DNA from: Malacoraja senta
Lineage: Eukaryota
Length of the DNA: 64,000 nt
Direction of reading: 5' to 3'
Assembly: GCA_038087875.1 (NCBI GenBank)
Contig: CM075991.1
Coordinates: 3,906,001 to 3,970,000 of the forward strand
In this document: positions 24,641 through 37,733 of the stretch, piece by piece
Position numbering within the stretch: position 1 is the stretch's first letter
Layout of the letters: every line of letters starts with the position of its first letter
Made by a program: the position numbers and the translations under genes
Notes under the pieces: model-generated
The model's input: only the letters and a program-made list of their open reading frames with translations
What the model was told of the DNA's origin: nothing
The model's database searches: none

Positions 24641-25000
24641 TGTAGGAAGGAACTGCAGATGCAGGTTTAAACCAACGACAGACACAAAATACCGGAGAAA
24701 CTCAGCGGGACAGGCAGCATCTCTGGAGAGAAAGAATGGCTGCTGTTTTGGGTCGAGACCCTTCTTCAGGCTGATGTCAGGGGAGAGGGAGATACATAGA
24801 TAAGAAAGTGTAAGGTGTGAAAGCAGGACAAAGGGGAAAGAAACAAAGCAAACAAAGGTAAAATGTACTCGGACACAGTCAGACTGGTCGGAGAACTGGG
24901 AAGGGGGAGAGATGGAGAGAGGGGGAAAGCAAGGGCTACTTGAAATTGGATACGTCAATGTTTATACCGCTGGGGTGTAAGCTGCCTAAGTGAAATATGA
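24641..25000 (-). mobile_element. 5'-truncated Penelope-like element
   Basis: IFHLGSLHPSGINIDVSNFK* (24936-24998), a pyrimidine-rich UTR, then the same terminal repeat. Confidence 0.8.
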
Positions 25001-26097
25001 ACACCCCTTTTGGGGTGTTGAATCCCCTTTAGACAAGATAATTGCACTGGGAAAAGAGCATAATTGCTTACATTTATTGGAATGCAATAAAAATTCAAGT
25101 CCAGTTGGCGTGCATAGTGTCAGCAAATAATCAAAAGGAGGGTTTATTTAACGTGCTGCATCAGTAATAGTATATAGACACAAAGTGCTGGAGTAATTCA
25201 GCAGGGCAGGCAGCATCTCTGGAGAAAAAGGATAGGTGACGTTTCGGGTCGGGACTCTTCTTCAGATAATTGCAGCCTGTAATCCCAATTTGACTTAGCG
25301 GGAACTAAGGAAGGACACAGTGGGGTAGCGGTAGAGTTGCTGTCTTACAGCACCAGAGACCCGGGTTAGATCCTGACTACAGATGCTGTCTGTACAGAGT
25401 TTGTATGTTCTCCCTGTGGTCGCATGGGTTTTCTCCGGATGCTCCAGATGCTCCGGTTTCCCTCCACATTCTAAAGACGTGCAGATTTGTAGGTTAATTG
25501 ACTTCTGTAAATTGTCTGTAGTGTGTAGGGGAGAACCTGTATGGGTGATTGCTGGTTGGCGAGGACTCGGTGGACCGAAGGACCTGTTTCCACTCTCTAG
25601 GACTATACACATAGAGAGTGGAAATAAGCCCTTTGGCCCAGCTTTCCCACACTGACCAACATGCCCCATCAACACTAGTTTCCCTTCCATGCTAGGCCCG
25701 TAACCTCTAAACCTATCCTACCCATGTCCATGTCCAAATGTATCTAAAATGTTATGATGGTACCTGCCTCCACTACCTCCTCTGACACCTCCTTCCACAT
25801 AACCACCATTCTTTGTGTAAAACGTTGTGTCTGAACTAAGACAACTATTAAATTACACAAGTTGTTAGTGCAACTGAGTGACTGGGTTTGGGTTTAATTA
25901 CCGAGATGATTGGGTAATACCCAAGGAAAATTAATTGCCTCCTAGTCTTGCCCATAAGCACAGTTGTGCTCACAGCATCTCAGAGGGAGATGTGGTTGAG
26001 CTTTGGATGGGCTGACCCTGTGGTATTTTGGGCACCTTTTGTCCCTGGCTCTGCGTAACCAGGGGGGCCAGTACTGATGGTTTATTGTTGTCCGCAG

Positions 26098-26272
26098 ACC
26101 GTATTTGGATGGATAACATCCGGTGCACTGGACACGAGACCACCCTCGCTGCTTGCAGTTTCAACGGCTGGGGATCACTAACTGCAAACACTCAGAAGAC
26201 GTGGGAGTGGTGTGCAACGAAAAGAGAATACCTGGCTTCAAATTCACCAACACTGTCATCAATGATATAGAG
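26098..26272 (+). CDS. LOXL2: LOXL2 exon 3 (SRCR1 C-half), with a 1-bp deletion as given
   Basis: Acceptor tccgcAG, donor GAG|GTGGGC. RIWMDNIRCTGHETTLAACSFNGW is in one frame and GITNCKHSEDVGVVCNEKRIPGFKFTNTVINDIE in another; the switch is at the G run 26170-26173. Confidence 0.88.
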
Positions 26273-26722
26273 GTGGGCCAATTGCTGTGTTTCCCACTAG
26301 TTCTGTTGAATGAGCAGAAGTAACTTCAGTGTCGATATTTACAGAAGAAATTTGGGTTCTTTGGTTGAGGAGGCATTAAAGTTGAGCTTCCCACTATTTC
26401 ATGGAATGGGGGTATATGTTAAATTGGTCGCATGACTTTCTCTTCCATGTTACAAGGGTGTGAGTGATTTCAGGAGGACCATATATGGCCACCTGTGCAA
26501 ACAAATCCTTTGTGATCTGAATAGTTCATAGGCTACGTCATTGGATCAATATCTGTACCATTACTTTTCGAAAGCCCCAGAGCTCTTTGCAAACAACATC
26601 TCTCAACTAAACTGAAACAAACCAAAGTAAAGTAAAGTAAACTAAACTAAACATGCTTGTAAGAGGAAATGACAGTGGGATTATACACAGAAAGCTCCCA
26701 AATACAACTTGTACTTTCTAAG

Positions 26723-27073
26723 GTAGACAAAAGTGCTGGAGAAACTCAGCAGGTGCAGCAGCATCTATGGAGCGAAGGAAATAGGCAAAGTTTCGGGCCG
26801 AAACCCTTCTTCAGACTGATGTAGGTTGGGGGGGGAATGGGGAGAAGAAAGGAAAAAGGAAGAGGAGGAGCCCGAGGGCTGAGGGAGAGCTGAGAAGGGG
26901 AGGAGACAGCAAAGGCTACTGGAAATTGGTGAATTCAATGTTTATGCCACTAGGGTGCTGACTGCCCAAGCGGAATATGAGGTGTTGCTCCTCCAATTTC
27001 CGGTGGTGCTCACTCTGGCCATGGAGGAGGCCCAGGACAGAGAGGCTGATTCGGAATGGAAGGGGGAGTTGAA
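26723..27073 (-). mobile_element. 5'-truncated Penelope-like element (GIY-YIG C-terminus plus terminal repeat)
   Basis: Minus strand reads FNSPFHSES/LSVLGLLHGQSEHHRKLEEQHLIFRLGSQHPSGINIEFTNFQ* (stop at 26916), then a hammerhead-like motif. Perfect 12-bp TSD GTACTTTCTAAG (26711-26722 and 27074-27085). Confidence 0.85.
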
Positions 27074-30000
27074 GTACTTTCTAAGTATTTTACGGGAGAA
27101 AAATTGCCAGGAGATCATGGACTCCCTGTTCTTCCTCGGGTTGGCACTGTAGGATATTTTATGTGTGCCTGGGAGAACAGATAAAGTCTTGGTTAATGTC
27201 TTGTCTGGGAGATGTGGCACTTGCACAGAGCTGTACCAAGAGCATCAGTCAGGACAAGTCTGTAGAATGGCACTTGAAACGTCAACAAGAGTTAACGCAG
27301 TGTAAAATGAGCTGAAAGGTTATATTGAAAGGAAATACATGATGCCATGCTTTGTGCTTAGAAGCCATTTGATACAAAATCAACAACTCTGAATTGTGGG
27401 TAGGCAAAAATGCTGGAGGAACTCAGCGGGTGAGGCAGTATCTATGGAGCGAAGGAAATAGGCAACGTTTCGGGCCGAAACCCTTCTTCAGACGTTTCGG
27501 CCCGAAACGTTGCCTATTTCCTTCGCTCCATAGATGCTGCCTCACCCGCTGAGTTTCTCCAGCATTTTTGTCTACCTTCAATTTTCCAGCATCTGCAGTT
27601 CCTTCTTCAACAAAACCCTGAATTGTGCACCATTTATCCATTGGGTTAAGTTTCTGCTTAACAAATCTCTGCAGTCCTCAAACATGCTTGAACATATTAC
27701 AAGTGACCCATCAGATGCCAGATCAGATCGGACTGAGTGGGCAGTTTATCAGACAGCCCCATCTGGAATGTAACATGATTAAACATAGAATGCACAAGGT
27801 AAAAACAAGCCATTACCCCAATAGCCTATATTGGTTTTAATGCTCCCTTCAAGTCTCCTTGCACCATCTCACTCCATCCTTCAAATCTCTTCTCCCTCAA
27901 CTTGATCTTAAATTTTTTTTCCTCAACTACTTCATGTCCTACATTCTCATCACTCTCCCTGTAAGGTTTCTCCTGAATCTCCTCTTAGATTCTGCACTGA
28001 CTACCATTCAGTTGGGTCACAGCTGATCATTTGCTCCAACTCCGTGTAGTCATCTTTGCTCCATTCTCCGTGTGCCCTTTCCCAACTAAACTTTAACAAT
28101 ATCTTTCAGTACTGAGTTTCCTCAGTCCTAATAACTCCAGTCTTTTGTGGGTGTGAGCTGTTGCCTGATGCATGCATGTGTTGGACACTTGGTCCGTGTG
28201 TCAAGACTGTCATTTGTTTTTGGAAGGCGACACATACTGTCTCGGCTGTGAGATGTGTACAGTCAGCCATAGTGAACAGTCACACCAGCAGCAGGGTAAT
28301 GGGCAGAAATCGCAACACATTAACACCTGATGTCGGCATGAAGAAGTTGGGGGAGAAGTGCCTGTTTCCATGCTGCGTAGCTCTATGAATCCATGACCTT
28401 TGTGATGTCTTGAAGAATGATCTCAACCCAAAACATTCACTGATCCATGTTCTCCAGGCATGCTGCCTAACCTGTGGAGTTACTCCAGCACTTTGTGTCC
28501 TTTTTTTCAGCAAATTTCCTTGTAACTACAATGTAGAGTCCAACACACTTCCTACTTGTAATTCTTACAAGTAAGAATGTCATTGTTCTATCTGGGACAT
28601 ATGACAATAAAACACTCTTTACTCTTGACTTTCACTTTGAATAAAGAAAGCAAAAGCAACAATGTCTTTAATTGTTTAAGAAGGAACTGCAGATGCTGGA
28701 AAATCGAAGGTAGACAAAAATGCTGGAGAAACCCAGCGGGTGAGGCAGCATCTATGGAGCGAAGGAAATAGGCAACGTTTCAGGTCGAAACCCTTCTTCA
28801 GAAACCCATCTGAAGAAGGGTTTCGACCCGAAACGTTGCGTATTTTCTTCGCTCCATAGATGCTGCCTCAACCGCTAAGTTTCTCCAGCATTTTTGTCTA
28901 CCAATGACTTTAATTGATATTTTACCTTTAAAGCACCATAAATGGAAGAGAGGTGAAGAGGTTTAGAGAGTGAATCAGAATCTTGGCATGTACTGATTCC
29001 AGTGGTGGAGTGATTAAATGGGTGGATGCTTATGGGACCAGAACTCGAGGACCAGAACTTGGGGAGATGAGGATAAATGAGCTGTAAAAGGTCAGATAGC
29101 AGTGGACAATTGAGACTATGGAGGGATTTGCAGTCAGCACATATTTAATGGGGTTGGTTACAGGGAGTATTTTAATATTAGTTAGAGGTTCGTGGAAAGT
29201 GGGTTCACTGTTTTTAGAACTTCCAGCTATTTGTTCTGGCTTACTTGTAGGAATTTTTCTGTTGTAATACAAAATTTCAGAAAGTGATGATGTTGGGATT
29301 CAAGACTTTCCACTGAATAAAGTTTTGCAGCAATTACTGAAAATCAACTTGCATACTGCAGATCATAATGCTATCACATTTGAAGGAAATATGCTTGTGC
29401 CTGTGACAAGTCTTAAGCTCGCATGTTCAATCATGGTGTTGTTTTCTAAAATTATGTTCTTCAACCAGAAACATAGATCTGGATTTGCTGTTAGCCAAAT
29501 GTGGTAAGTGACCAATATTATGGGGAAATTGGTATTAAACCATGCAGGGCAATAAGTACCAAGCATTTTTCACTGAAGCTCAGATAGTTTAATCTCTGGA
29601 CTTTGTCCAACCATAAAGTTCAAAAGTTCAAAGAGCAGAATTAATAATAATAATAATAGATTTTATTTATATAGCCATTCCGACCATCGAGTCAACTACA
29701 CCACTCAATCATGGCTGATCTATCCTTCCCTCTCAACCACATGCTCCTGCATTCGCCCCATGATCCCATAACCATCCACCTATCACTTAGTAGAAACAAG
29801 GAACTGCAAATACTGGTTTATACCGAAGATAGACACAAAGTGCTAGTAACGCATCAGTTCAGGCAACATTTCTGGAGTTAAAAAGGCTGGGTGGCATTTC
29901 GGGTCGGGCCCCTTCTTCAGCCCTTCTTAGGTCTGAAGAAGTGCCCCAATCCAAAACGTCACCCATCCCTTTTCTCCAGAGATGCTGCCTGACTCGCTGA

Positions 30001-31551
30001 GTTACTCCAGCAATTTGTGTCTAATCCACCTATCACTTGCCAGGCTTTGTCCTGACCCTCCTATCTTTAATCCTTCCATCCCCCTCCCCCCACCAACCCA
30101 GCACAATCAGTCTGAAGAAGGGTTCCAACCCGAAAAATCACCTATCCATGACCTCCATATATGTTGCCTGACCCACTAAGTTACACCAGCACTTTGTGTC
30201 TTAGTTGGCTGTTCAGTCGTACAAAATTTTGAGCTGATTGCATGCTTGTGAGTAAATGTGGTTCAGTTTTATTTTGGGATAGTCATGTCTGGAGTTGAAT
30301 TAAACAAGAAGTTTCAGGTTTTTTTTGTTGCCACATCATTAAGTTGAAGATTTACCAGGTTTGCTCTATTTTTCACTGGACGTAGGTAAAAAACTGCAAC
30401 AATTTCTTTCAATAAAATTAAATTGGTTGAAAATGGCCATATAGGAATGGTAGAATCACGATTAATCAGTTGTTGTTGGACAAATGATTCAACCCCAAGT
30501 CCTTATATGTGCCCTTTAGAACAGAGACGAGGAAACTTTTTCTCACAGAGAGTGGTGAGTCTGTGGAATTCTCTGCATCAGAGGGCGGTGGAGGCAGGTT
30601 CTCTGGATGCATTCAAGAGAGAGCTAGATAGGGCTCTTAAAAATAGCGGAGTCAGGGGATATGGGGAGAAGGCAGGATCGGGGTACTGATTGGGGATGAT
30701 CAGCCATGATCACATTGAATGGCGGTGCTGGCTCGAAGGGCCAAATAGCCTACTCCTGCACCTATTGTCTATTGTCTAAGAACGTGATCTGCATGGACAC
30801 ATGTTTGGTGCTGGAAGGTGACATTAGTCTGAGTAGCTCTTTCTTTATTAACAGGGACACAATGGGCACAATGGCATTCTCCTGTATCGTAAATGGCACA
30901 GTTCTTAAATGGGCAGATGGAATTTAGACATTGATTACATGAAGGACAGAAGCAACATGAGGGGCTGAATGTATTCCAGTGATGGTTTCTGGAGAGAAAA
31001 TGCATGCAGCAGCCCATGACTTTTATCGGATGCGGTTTTCCTTCTCCAACATTGGCTACAGATCATAGCCCCGCTGTTGGCCTCATTAGATCCAATGTTC
31101 CCTGTTTCCCACCAGCATATCAGACAGAGCCATCAATCACCATATTCCAGCCAAGACAACTATTTTGCAGAAAACATCAGGCTACAGTTTTGATTGCTGA
31201 TGAATTAGTTCCACTGAGTTCCCAGCCTATTTTGCTCAACCACTTCTGTTTTGTTTTAGTTGTCGTTTCTTAACAATTTTGCACAAGCATAAATAAATAG
31301 ACCTCAGAGCGAGCCACTTGCACGGCAGCCATGGTCAGACTGCATTCCTTCCTAGTTATCAGCACTGTGGAACGATGTGTTATTTGCATTCCATCTTCCT
31401 AGAATTTAGAATTGCCTGGTAACTGAGGTATTAGCATAATTGACGTTAAACCTAACGATTGTTGATTACTTGGTCCAGCAAATACTATTATTTGTGACTG
31501 TAACGACATTTGTGTCAATGTCTGTGTCTGTGCATCAGCGTGATGTCTGCA

Positions 31552-31557
<6 letters not shown>

Positions 31558-31589
<32 letters not shown>
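31558..31589. repeat. (GA)n microsatellite
   Basis: Seen directly. Confidence 0.95.
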
Positions 31590-31592
<3 letters not shown>

Positions 31593-34500
31593 ACTTTCTA
31601 GACCATTGTATCTGCAAAAATGTTAAAGGAAAGTTTTATAGATTATGGATTTATAGAGATTCTATTAATTAATAGAGCCATTACAGCGCCAGAGATCCAG
31701 GTTCGATCCTGCCCTACTGACTGTGTGGAGTTTGCATGTTCTCCCAATGCTCCAGTTTCCTTCTACATCCTAAAGGCGTGTGGGTTTGCAGGTTAATTGG
31801 CCTCTGTAAATTGTGTGTAGGGAATGGATGAGAAAGTGGGATAACATAGAACTACTGTGAACAGGTAATCAATGGTCGGCATGGACTTGGTGGGCCGAAG
31901 GGCCCGTTTCCAAAACAGGGCAGCACGGTAGAGTTTCTGCCTTACGGCGCCAGAGACCCGGGTTCGGTCCTGACTACGGGTGCTGACTGCACGGAGTTTA
32001 TACATTCTCGCCATGACGTGCGTGCGTTTTCTCCTGGTGCTCCGGTTTCCTCCCACACTCCAAAGATGTACAGGTTTGTAGGCTAATTGACTTGGTTAAA
32101 TTGTCCCTGTGTGTGTAGGATGGTGTTAGTGTATGGGGATTGCTGGTCGGCATGGACTCGGTGGGCCGAAGGGCCTATTTCCACGCTGTATCTTTCAAAT
32201 AAACTTTCAATTTTTGGTGTTGGCAAGGCCAGCATTTATTGCCCACCTGTCACTGCCCTTTGAGAAGTTGGTGAGATGTCATCATGTGGAACTTCTATAG
32301 ACCTTCTGCAGATGCTTATCCAACAATGCTGTTAGGGTGGGTGTTTAGACCCAGCACCGGTGAAGAATTGAGGATATATTTCCAAGACCGGGTAGTGTTT
32401 GATTTAGAGGGGAGCCTGTGGGAGGTGGTGTTCCTTTGGCTCACTGCCTTTGTCCTTCTTGGTAGTAGAGGTCATGGATCTTTTTGGTTGGGGAATGCTC
32501 TTGGACTGCTATTACAAGGTACCATAGAAATAAGGAACTGCAGATGCTGGTTTACGAAAGAAGACACAAAATATTGGAGCAACTCGTCGGGTCAGGCAGC
32601 ATCCCTCTGAAATAGGGTCCCGACCCAAAACGTCACCCAACCATGTTCACGGGTCATCTTCTGTAGTAGGGTGCTACAGTGTTCTTCAGTAGAATGACAC
32701 TGCTACCATTGTGCTTGGGTGAATGTAAGAATGGTAACTTGCTTGTTGGTAAAGTAGGCTGCCTTTCATCCAGAAGGGACCAGCTTGCAATGAAGCAATG
32801 CACATTCTGTTGCTCAGGTGGAGTGCTGAGCACAGACTTAATGATCGAGTGTTATCTCACAGAATAATGTGGACTGATCTGAGCCTGCAGATTTCCCAGG
32901 TCTTTCCAAAGGACCAGGTGCCAAGCGATCACTCCAATGGCCTGAGCTGGCGATCCTCATCCTGCTCCATATCATCTCCATTCCTTCCTGCCTCGTGCAC
33001 CTAAACACTCCCAAAGAAATGTACCTGTGCCATTCATCTCAATGACTCAATCTATTTCCATATGCCAACCCCTCTTTGGGTGAAGGTTTCTTGCTTACTA
33101 CATTGACAGATTACACAAAATGCTGGAGTAACTCAGTGGGACAGGCAGTGTCTCTTGAGAGAAGGAATTGGCGACGTTTCGGGTCGAGATCCTTCTTCAG
33201 ACTGTGATTCTTCCTGATTTGTGAGTTCCAGTTAATTTCCCATTTTGCACAATTGGTTTCATTTGTTCAGGTGTGGGTGGGAGTTTTGGGTTCAAAACAC
33301 ACGCTGTAGATTTAAGGTAGACATAAATGCTGGAGAAACTCAGCGGGTGAGGCAACATCTATGGAGCGAAGGAAATAGGCAACGTCTCGGGTCGAAACCC
33401 TTCTTCCGACCCGAAACGTTGTCTATTTTCTTCACTCCATAGATGCTGCCTCACCCGCTGAGTTTCTCCAGCATTTTTGTCTACCTTCCATTTTCCAGCA
33501 TCTGCAGTTCCTTCTTAAACACGCTGGAGATTTTTGAGTGGACTCTCCCATGAAGAATGAGCGGGAAAAATATATCGTTCCATTCACGGGATTGAACCAA
33601 AGGAAAATCTGAGCCTTGGCCACTGATCGGTTCTATTGTTTGTGAAGGAACTTTACCATCTATAGACTGTGCTCCTTCTCTCTCCCGCGAAACGTTGCCT
33701 ATTTCCTTCGCTCCATAGATGCTGGCGCACCAGCTGAGTTTCTCCAGCACTTTTGTCTACCATCAAATTAACCCTTTTGAAGGGAAAAAAGGAGTGCCTG
33801 GGGCCGGGGAGGAGGGAGAGACAGGAAATTGCAGAGGCCTCCTGTCTCTGGAAGGCGGAAGTAATGTCTGCCACATGAGAAGGCCAGTGCCCTGCCTGTG
33901 ACCCTTGCAAAACCGAAGCTACAACATTCCCGCTCTCCACACCATGGCTACAGCGTGCACTGTCCACAAAGTTCTCTCTACTTACTCACCTCTGACTGCC
34001 CCTCCTCAACCAGTGACCTCCACCAGCTGAAAGGACATAAACAACAGGAGTACAAGTCATTGGGGCACAGTAGGGCTGCACAGTATCACAGCGGTGGAGC
34101 TGCTGACTCAGCACCGGAAACTCCATTTCAATCCTGACCACGGGTGCTGTCTGTGCAGACGTTGTACTTTCTCTCTGTGACCATGTGGGTTTTTTCCGGG
34201 TGTTCCATTTCCTCCCACATTCCACAGATGTGCTGGTTTGTAGGTTAATTGGGCCTCTGTAAATTGCCTCTAGTGTGTGGGATAACATAGAACTAGTGCA
34301 AGGGTGATTGATGGTCGGTGCGGACACAGGGCCTGTTTCCATGCGCTATCTCTAAACTAAACTGAAATTAAACCTGGTTTGATCCTGGGTGCTGTCTGTA
34401 TGGAGTTTGTACGTTTTTCCTGTGACCGCATGGGTTTTCTCTGGGTGCTCCGGTTTCCTCCCACACTCCACAGATGTACAGGTTTGTAGGTTAATTGGCT

Positions 34501-34878
34501 TCGGTAAAATTATAAATTGTCCAAAGTGTGTACGATAGTGCTAGTGGACAGGGTGATCGCTGGGCGACGCGGACTCCGTGGGCCGAAGGGCCTGTTTCTG
34601 TGCTGTACCTCAATACCTCTAAAGTAAAGCCTACTTACTAAAGTAAAATAAATGTCTGGGGGAAATGTGCATGGATAATTGAAGAAGGGTTCTGACCCGA
34701 AACATCACCTATTCCTTTTCTCCATAGATGCTGTCTGTCCTGCTGAATTACTCCAGCATTTTGTGTCTATCTTGCTTTGTATATCTCTCAGTCACACATG
34801 TGGGCTACAATTTGACCAACCACATTCCTGTGAAGTGCCTTGAAAATATAGGTAACCTCATTAAAGATGCTTGCATAA

Positions 34879-35328
34879 AGGGCCTGTCCCACGGGCATGC
34901 GACTCCATGCGGGAAGCGCGACCTAACCGGAAGCGGGGGCCACGCGGAGGTCGAGTGATCCCCGTACAGGGCCGGTCCCACCAGCATGCGGCTGCATGCG
35001 GCAAGCGCTAACAAATCGGAAGCGGGGGCCGCGCGGAGGTCGAGTGACGTCCAGACGGTGCGTACGGCGGCGAGGCGGTGCGCACGGCCGTTGAGGTGGT
35101 GCGCACGGCCTCGATGCGGCTGCGTCCGGCAGGCCGTTGCCGCAAGGAATTATTGAACAGTGTCAGTTTTTCGGAGCCCCGCGCGATGTCGGGACCAGCT
35201 CCGCACAACTCCATACGGCTCCGGCGATCGAAGTGGGACCGGCCCCGCGACCTCCACACGGCCCCCGCACGGCCCCCGCTTGCGGTTAGGTCGCGCTTGC
35301 CGCATGGAGTCGCATGCCCGTGGGACAG
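34879..35328. mobile_element. PIF/Harbinger-type MITE, GC-rich
   Basis: TAA then AGGGCCTGTCCCAC; long TIR of about 65 bp; the right tip is truncated. Confidence 0.75.
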
Positions 35329-36994
35329 TTACTGTGAGTTTTTTTTATAGCTTTGTGCATCAGAAATTAAAGTTGAAAACTTACAGGTTTATTAAGTTTC
35401 TCTTATGATCCATTGAACACTGCGAAAGTTTAAACAAAGTATATATTACACAGTCTGGAATTGTTCCAATGAACATCTGTTTCCAATTCCAAGGAGTGCA
35501 GAATAATTGGTAGTTAGATTTTATGTACTCCCAATCTCGCCTTCCAGCTGAGGAATGCTACATGATTAAGTTGTCATCTAGGTTGGTATTTTCTGGGAGG
35601 AGATTGTTGTGTAGGATGAACCAAGAAACTGTTCTCTTCAGTACTGCCACTCTACTGAGGACTGCGGTTACATTGAGAGCTGGGTTGGCAAACTTCTTCG
35701 GGTAGATTACGGCAGTGGTATACCCAGTAATGCCACTGCCTCGGTTACTTGGGTTCAGGCCTGACCCCGGCGCTGTCAGCATGGGGTTGTGGACATACTT
35801 GCCATGGTTGCATGAGCTTCCTCATGAAATGTTTTGGTTTCCTCACACATCCGTAAGAGCAGATTGGCCACTGTAGGTTGTCTTAGTATGTGAGTGAAGG
35901 GGTAGATCCCGGAGGGAGTTTGGGGTGGCACGGTGGCACAGTGGTAGAGTTGCTGTCTCACAGCGCCAGAGACCCGGGTTTGATCCTGACTATGAGCACT
36001 GTCCGTACAGAGTTTGTACATTCTCCTGTGACCATGTTGGTTTTCCCTGGGTGCTCTGGTTTCCTCCTCACACTCCAAAGATGTGGATAATTGGCTTAGG
36101 TAAAATTGTAAAACTGTCCCTAATGTGTAGGATAGTGTTGGTGTATGGGGATTGTTGGTTGGTGTGGAATTGGTGGGCTGAAGGGCCTGTTTCCGCTCTA
36201 TCTCTCTAAAGCCTAAAGAGTTGATGAGAATTGCTTCAAATAAAAACTGGGATTAGTGTAAATGTGGTGGTCATTAGTACATTCGGACAAACGGCCTGTG
36301 CTGTATCCTGCTAGGACTCTAATGTCAGCTAGTGCAGCAGCACCATTTGGATTACTTCCCCTGGCAGATGCAGAAGAAACTATCCCAGCCGCTCACTGTC
36401 GGTTCACAAGTTAATTGGCCAATAACTTATCCCAAGTGTTAGTTGAATGTTGAATCGGGAAATTATAAGAAGACAATCAACAGAGAAACAAAACTAGACA
36501 GACTTTGCCATCTGATTGAAGATTTGTTGTGCTGGGCTCGTGGAAGACAGATTCATACAGCCTTTGACATGTCACATGCTTACCTTCAGGTTAAGTTGGG
36601 CAAACGTTTAAAGAATCCTCAACGATTAATCCTCCTTCCTTCATAGGCTTTCATTTGGAGTAGTAACATCTATAGGATTTTAGCTTCATTTACTTTATTG
36701 TCACGTACCGAGGTACAGTGAAAAGCTTTTGTTTTGTGCTATCCAGTCAGCGGAAAGACAATACATGATTACAATCAAGCCCATTTCTAATGTATGGATA
36801 CATGTTAAGGGAATAAAGTTTAGTGCAAGGTAAAGCCAGCAAAGTCCAGTCAAGGATAGTCCGAGGCTCATCAAAAAGGTAGATAGTAGTTCAGGACTGC
36901 TCTCTGGTTGTGGGAGGATTATCCAGTTGCCTGATCAATGGATAGCTTGATTCAAGGCTCAGAGGGTGTCATAGGTTATGAAGATGAGATCTTA

Positions 36995-37733
36995 TGGGCC
37001 TGTCCCACTTAGGCGATTTTTCAGGCGACTGTCAAGTTGTAGCAGGTCGCTGAAAAAACGGTGACTGGAACGGTGAATGTCAGAGTGGAACACACACACA
37101 CACACATCGTTTCCTTCACCAGCCAGTTATGCCAGCGGGGGACAGGGCAAGCGGGGGGAGCGCTGTCTGGGTGAAATTCACACGGTGCAAAGCCAATGTG
37201 ATACAGACACACACCACGATGAACAGGAAGGTTGGCGCTGTAATTAAGACGGTGAAAGCACAGTGTAGGGGAAGGGGCACGTAAGTCCTTTAAAAGAGGG
37301 GAGGGGGGGGAGAGGGGGGAGAAGGGGGGAGAAGGAGTGGAGACAACTTTTAAGAAGCCAGAGATACACGGCTGTGAAGCTCAGTGGACATTAACATTAC
37401 CTGTCGGTTATCCTTGGTTGTGAAAACTACTGTTTACGGTTTTTTTTCCCAATGAGGCAATGAAATTCACTGGTCAGCACCGGCAACAACATACGACAAC
37501 CTTTGACCTCTTGGCATCCCACTACCACTGCACCCACGGCACGAGAATTCTCGCTACTCTCCATGGCGGCTTCATTCTGGTCACCGCAACCAGAATGAAG
37601 CCGCAACTAGTTCTGAGAATGCGGGAACTCCTCACGACCATGAAGGCGACTCCCCGGCAATCATCCGCGAATAGGTGGCGACCGCATAGCCTCCTGTAGT
37701 TGCCTAAAAAGTCGCCTAAGTGGGACAGGCCCA
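36995..37733. mobile_element. PIF/Harbinger-type MITE
   Basis: TIR TGGGCCTGTCCCACTTAGGCGA.. / ..TCGCCTAAGTGGGACAGGCCCA; flanks TTA and TTT. Confidence 0.8.
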
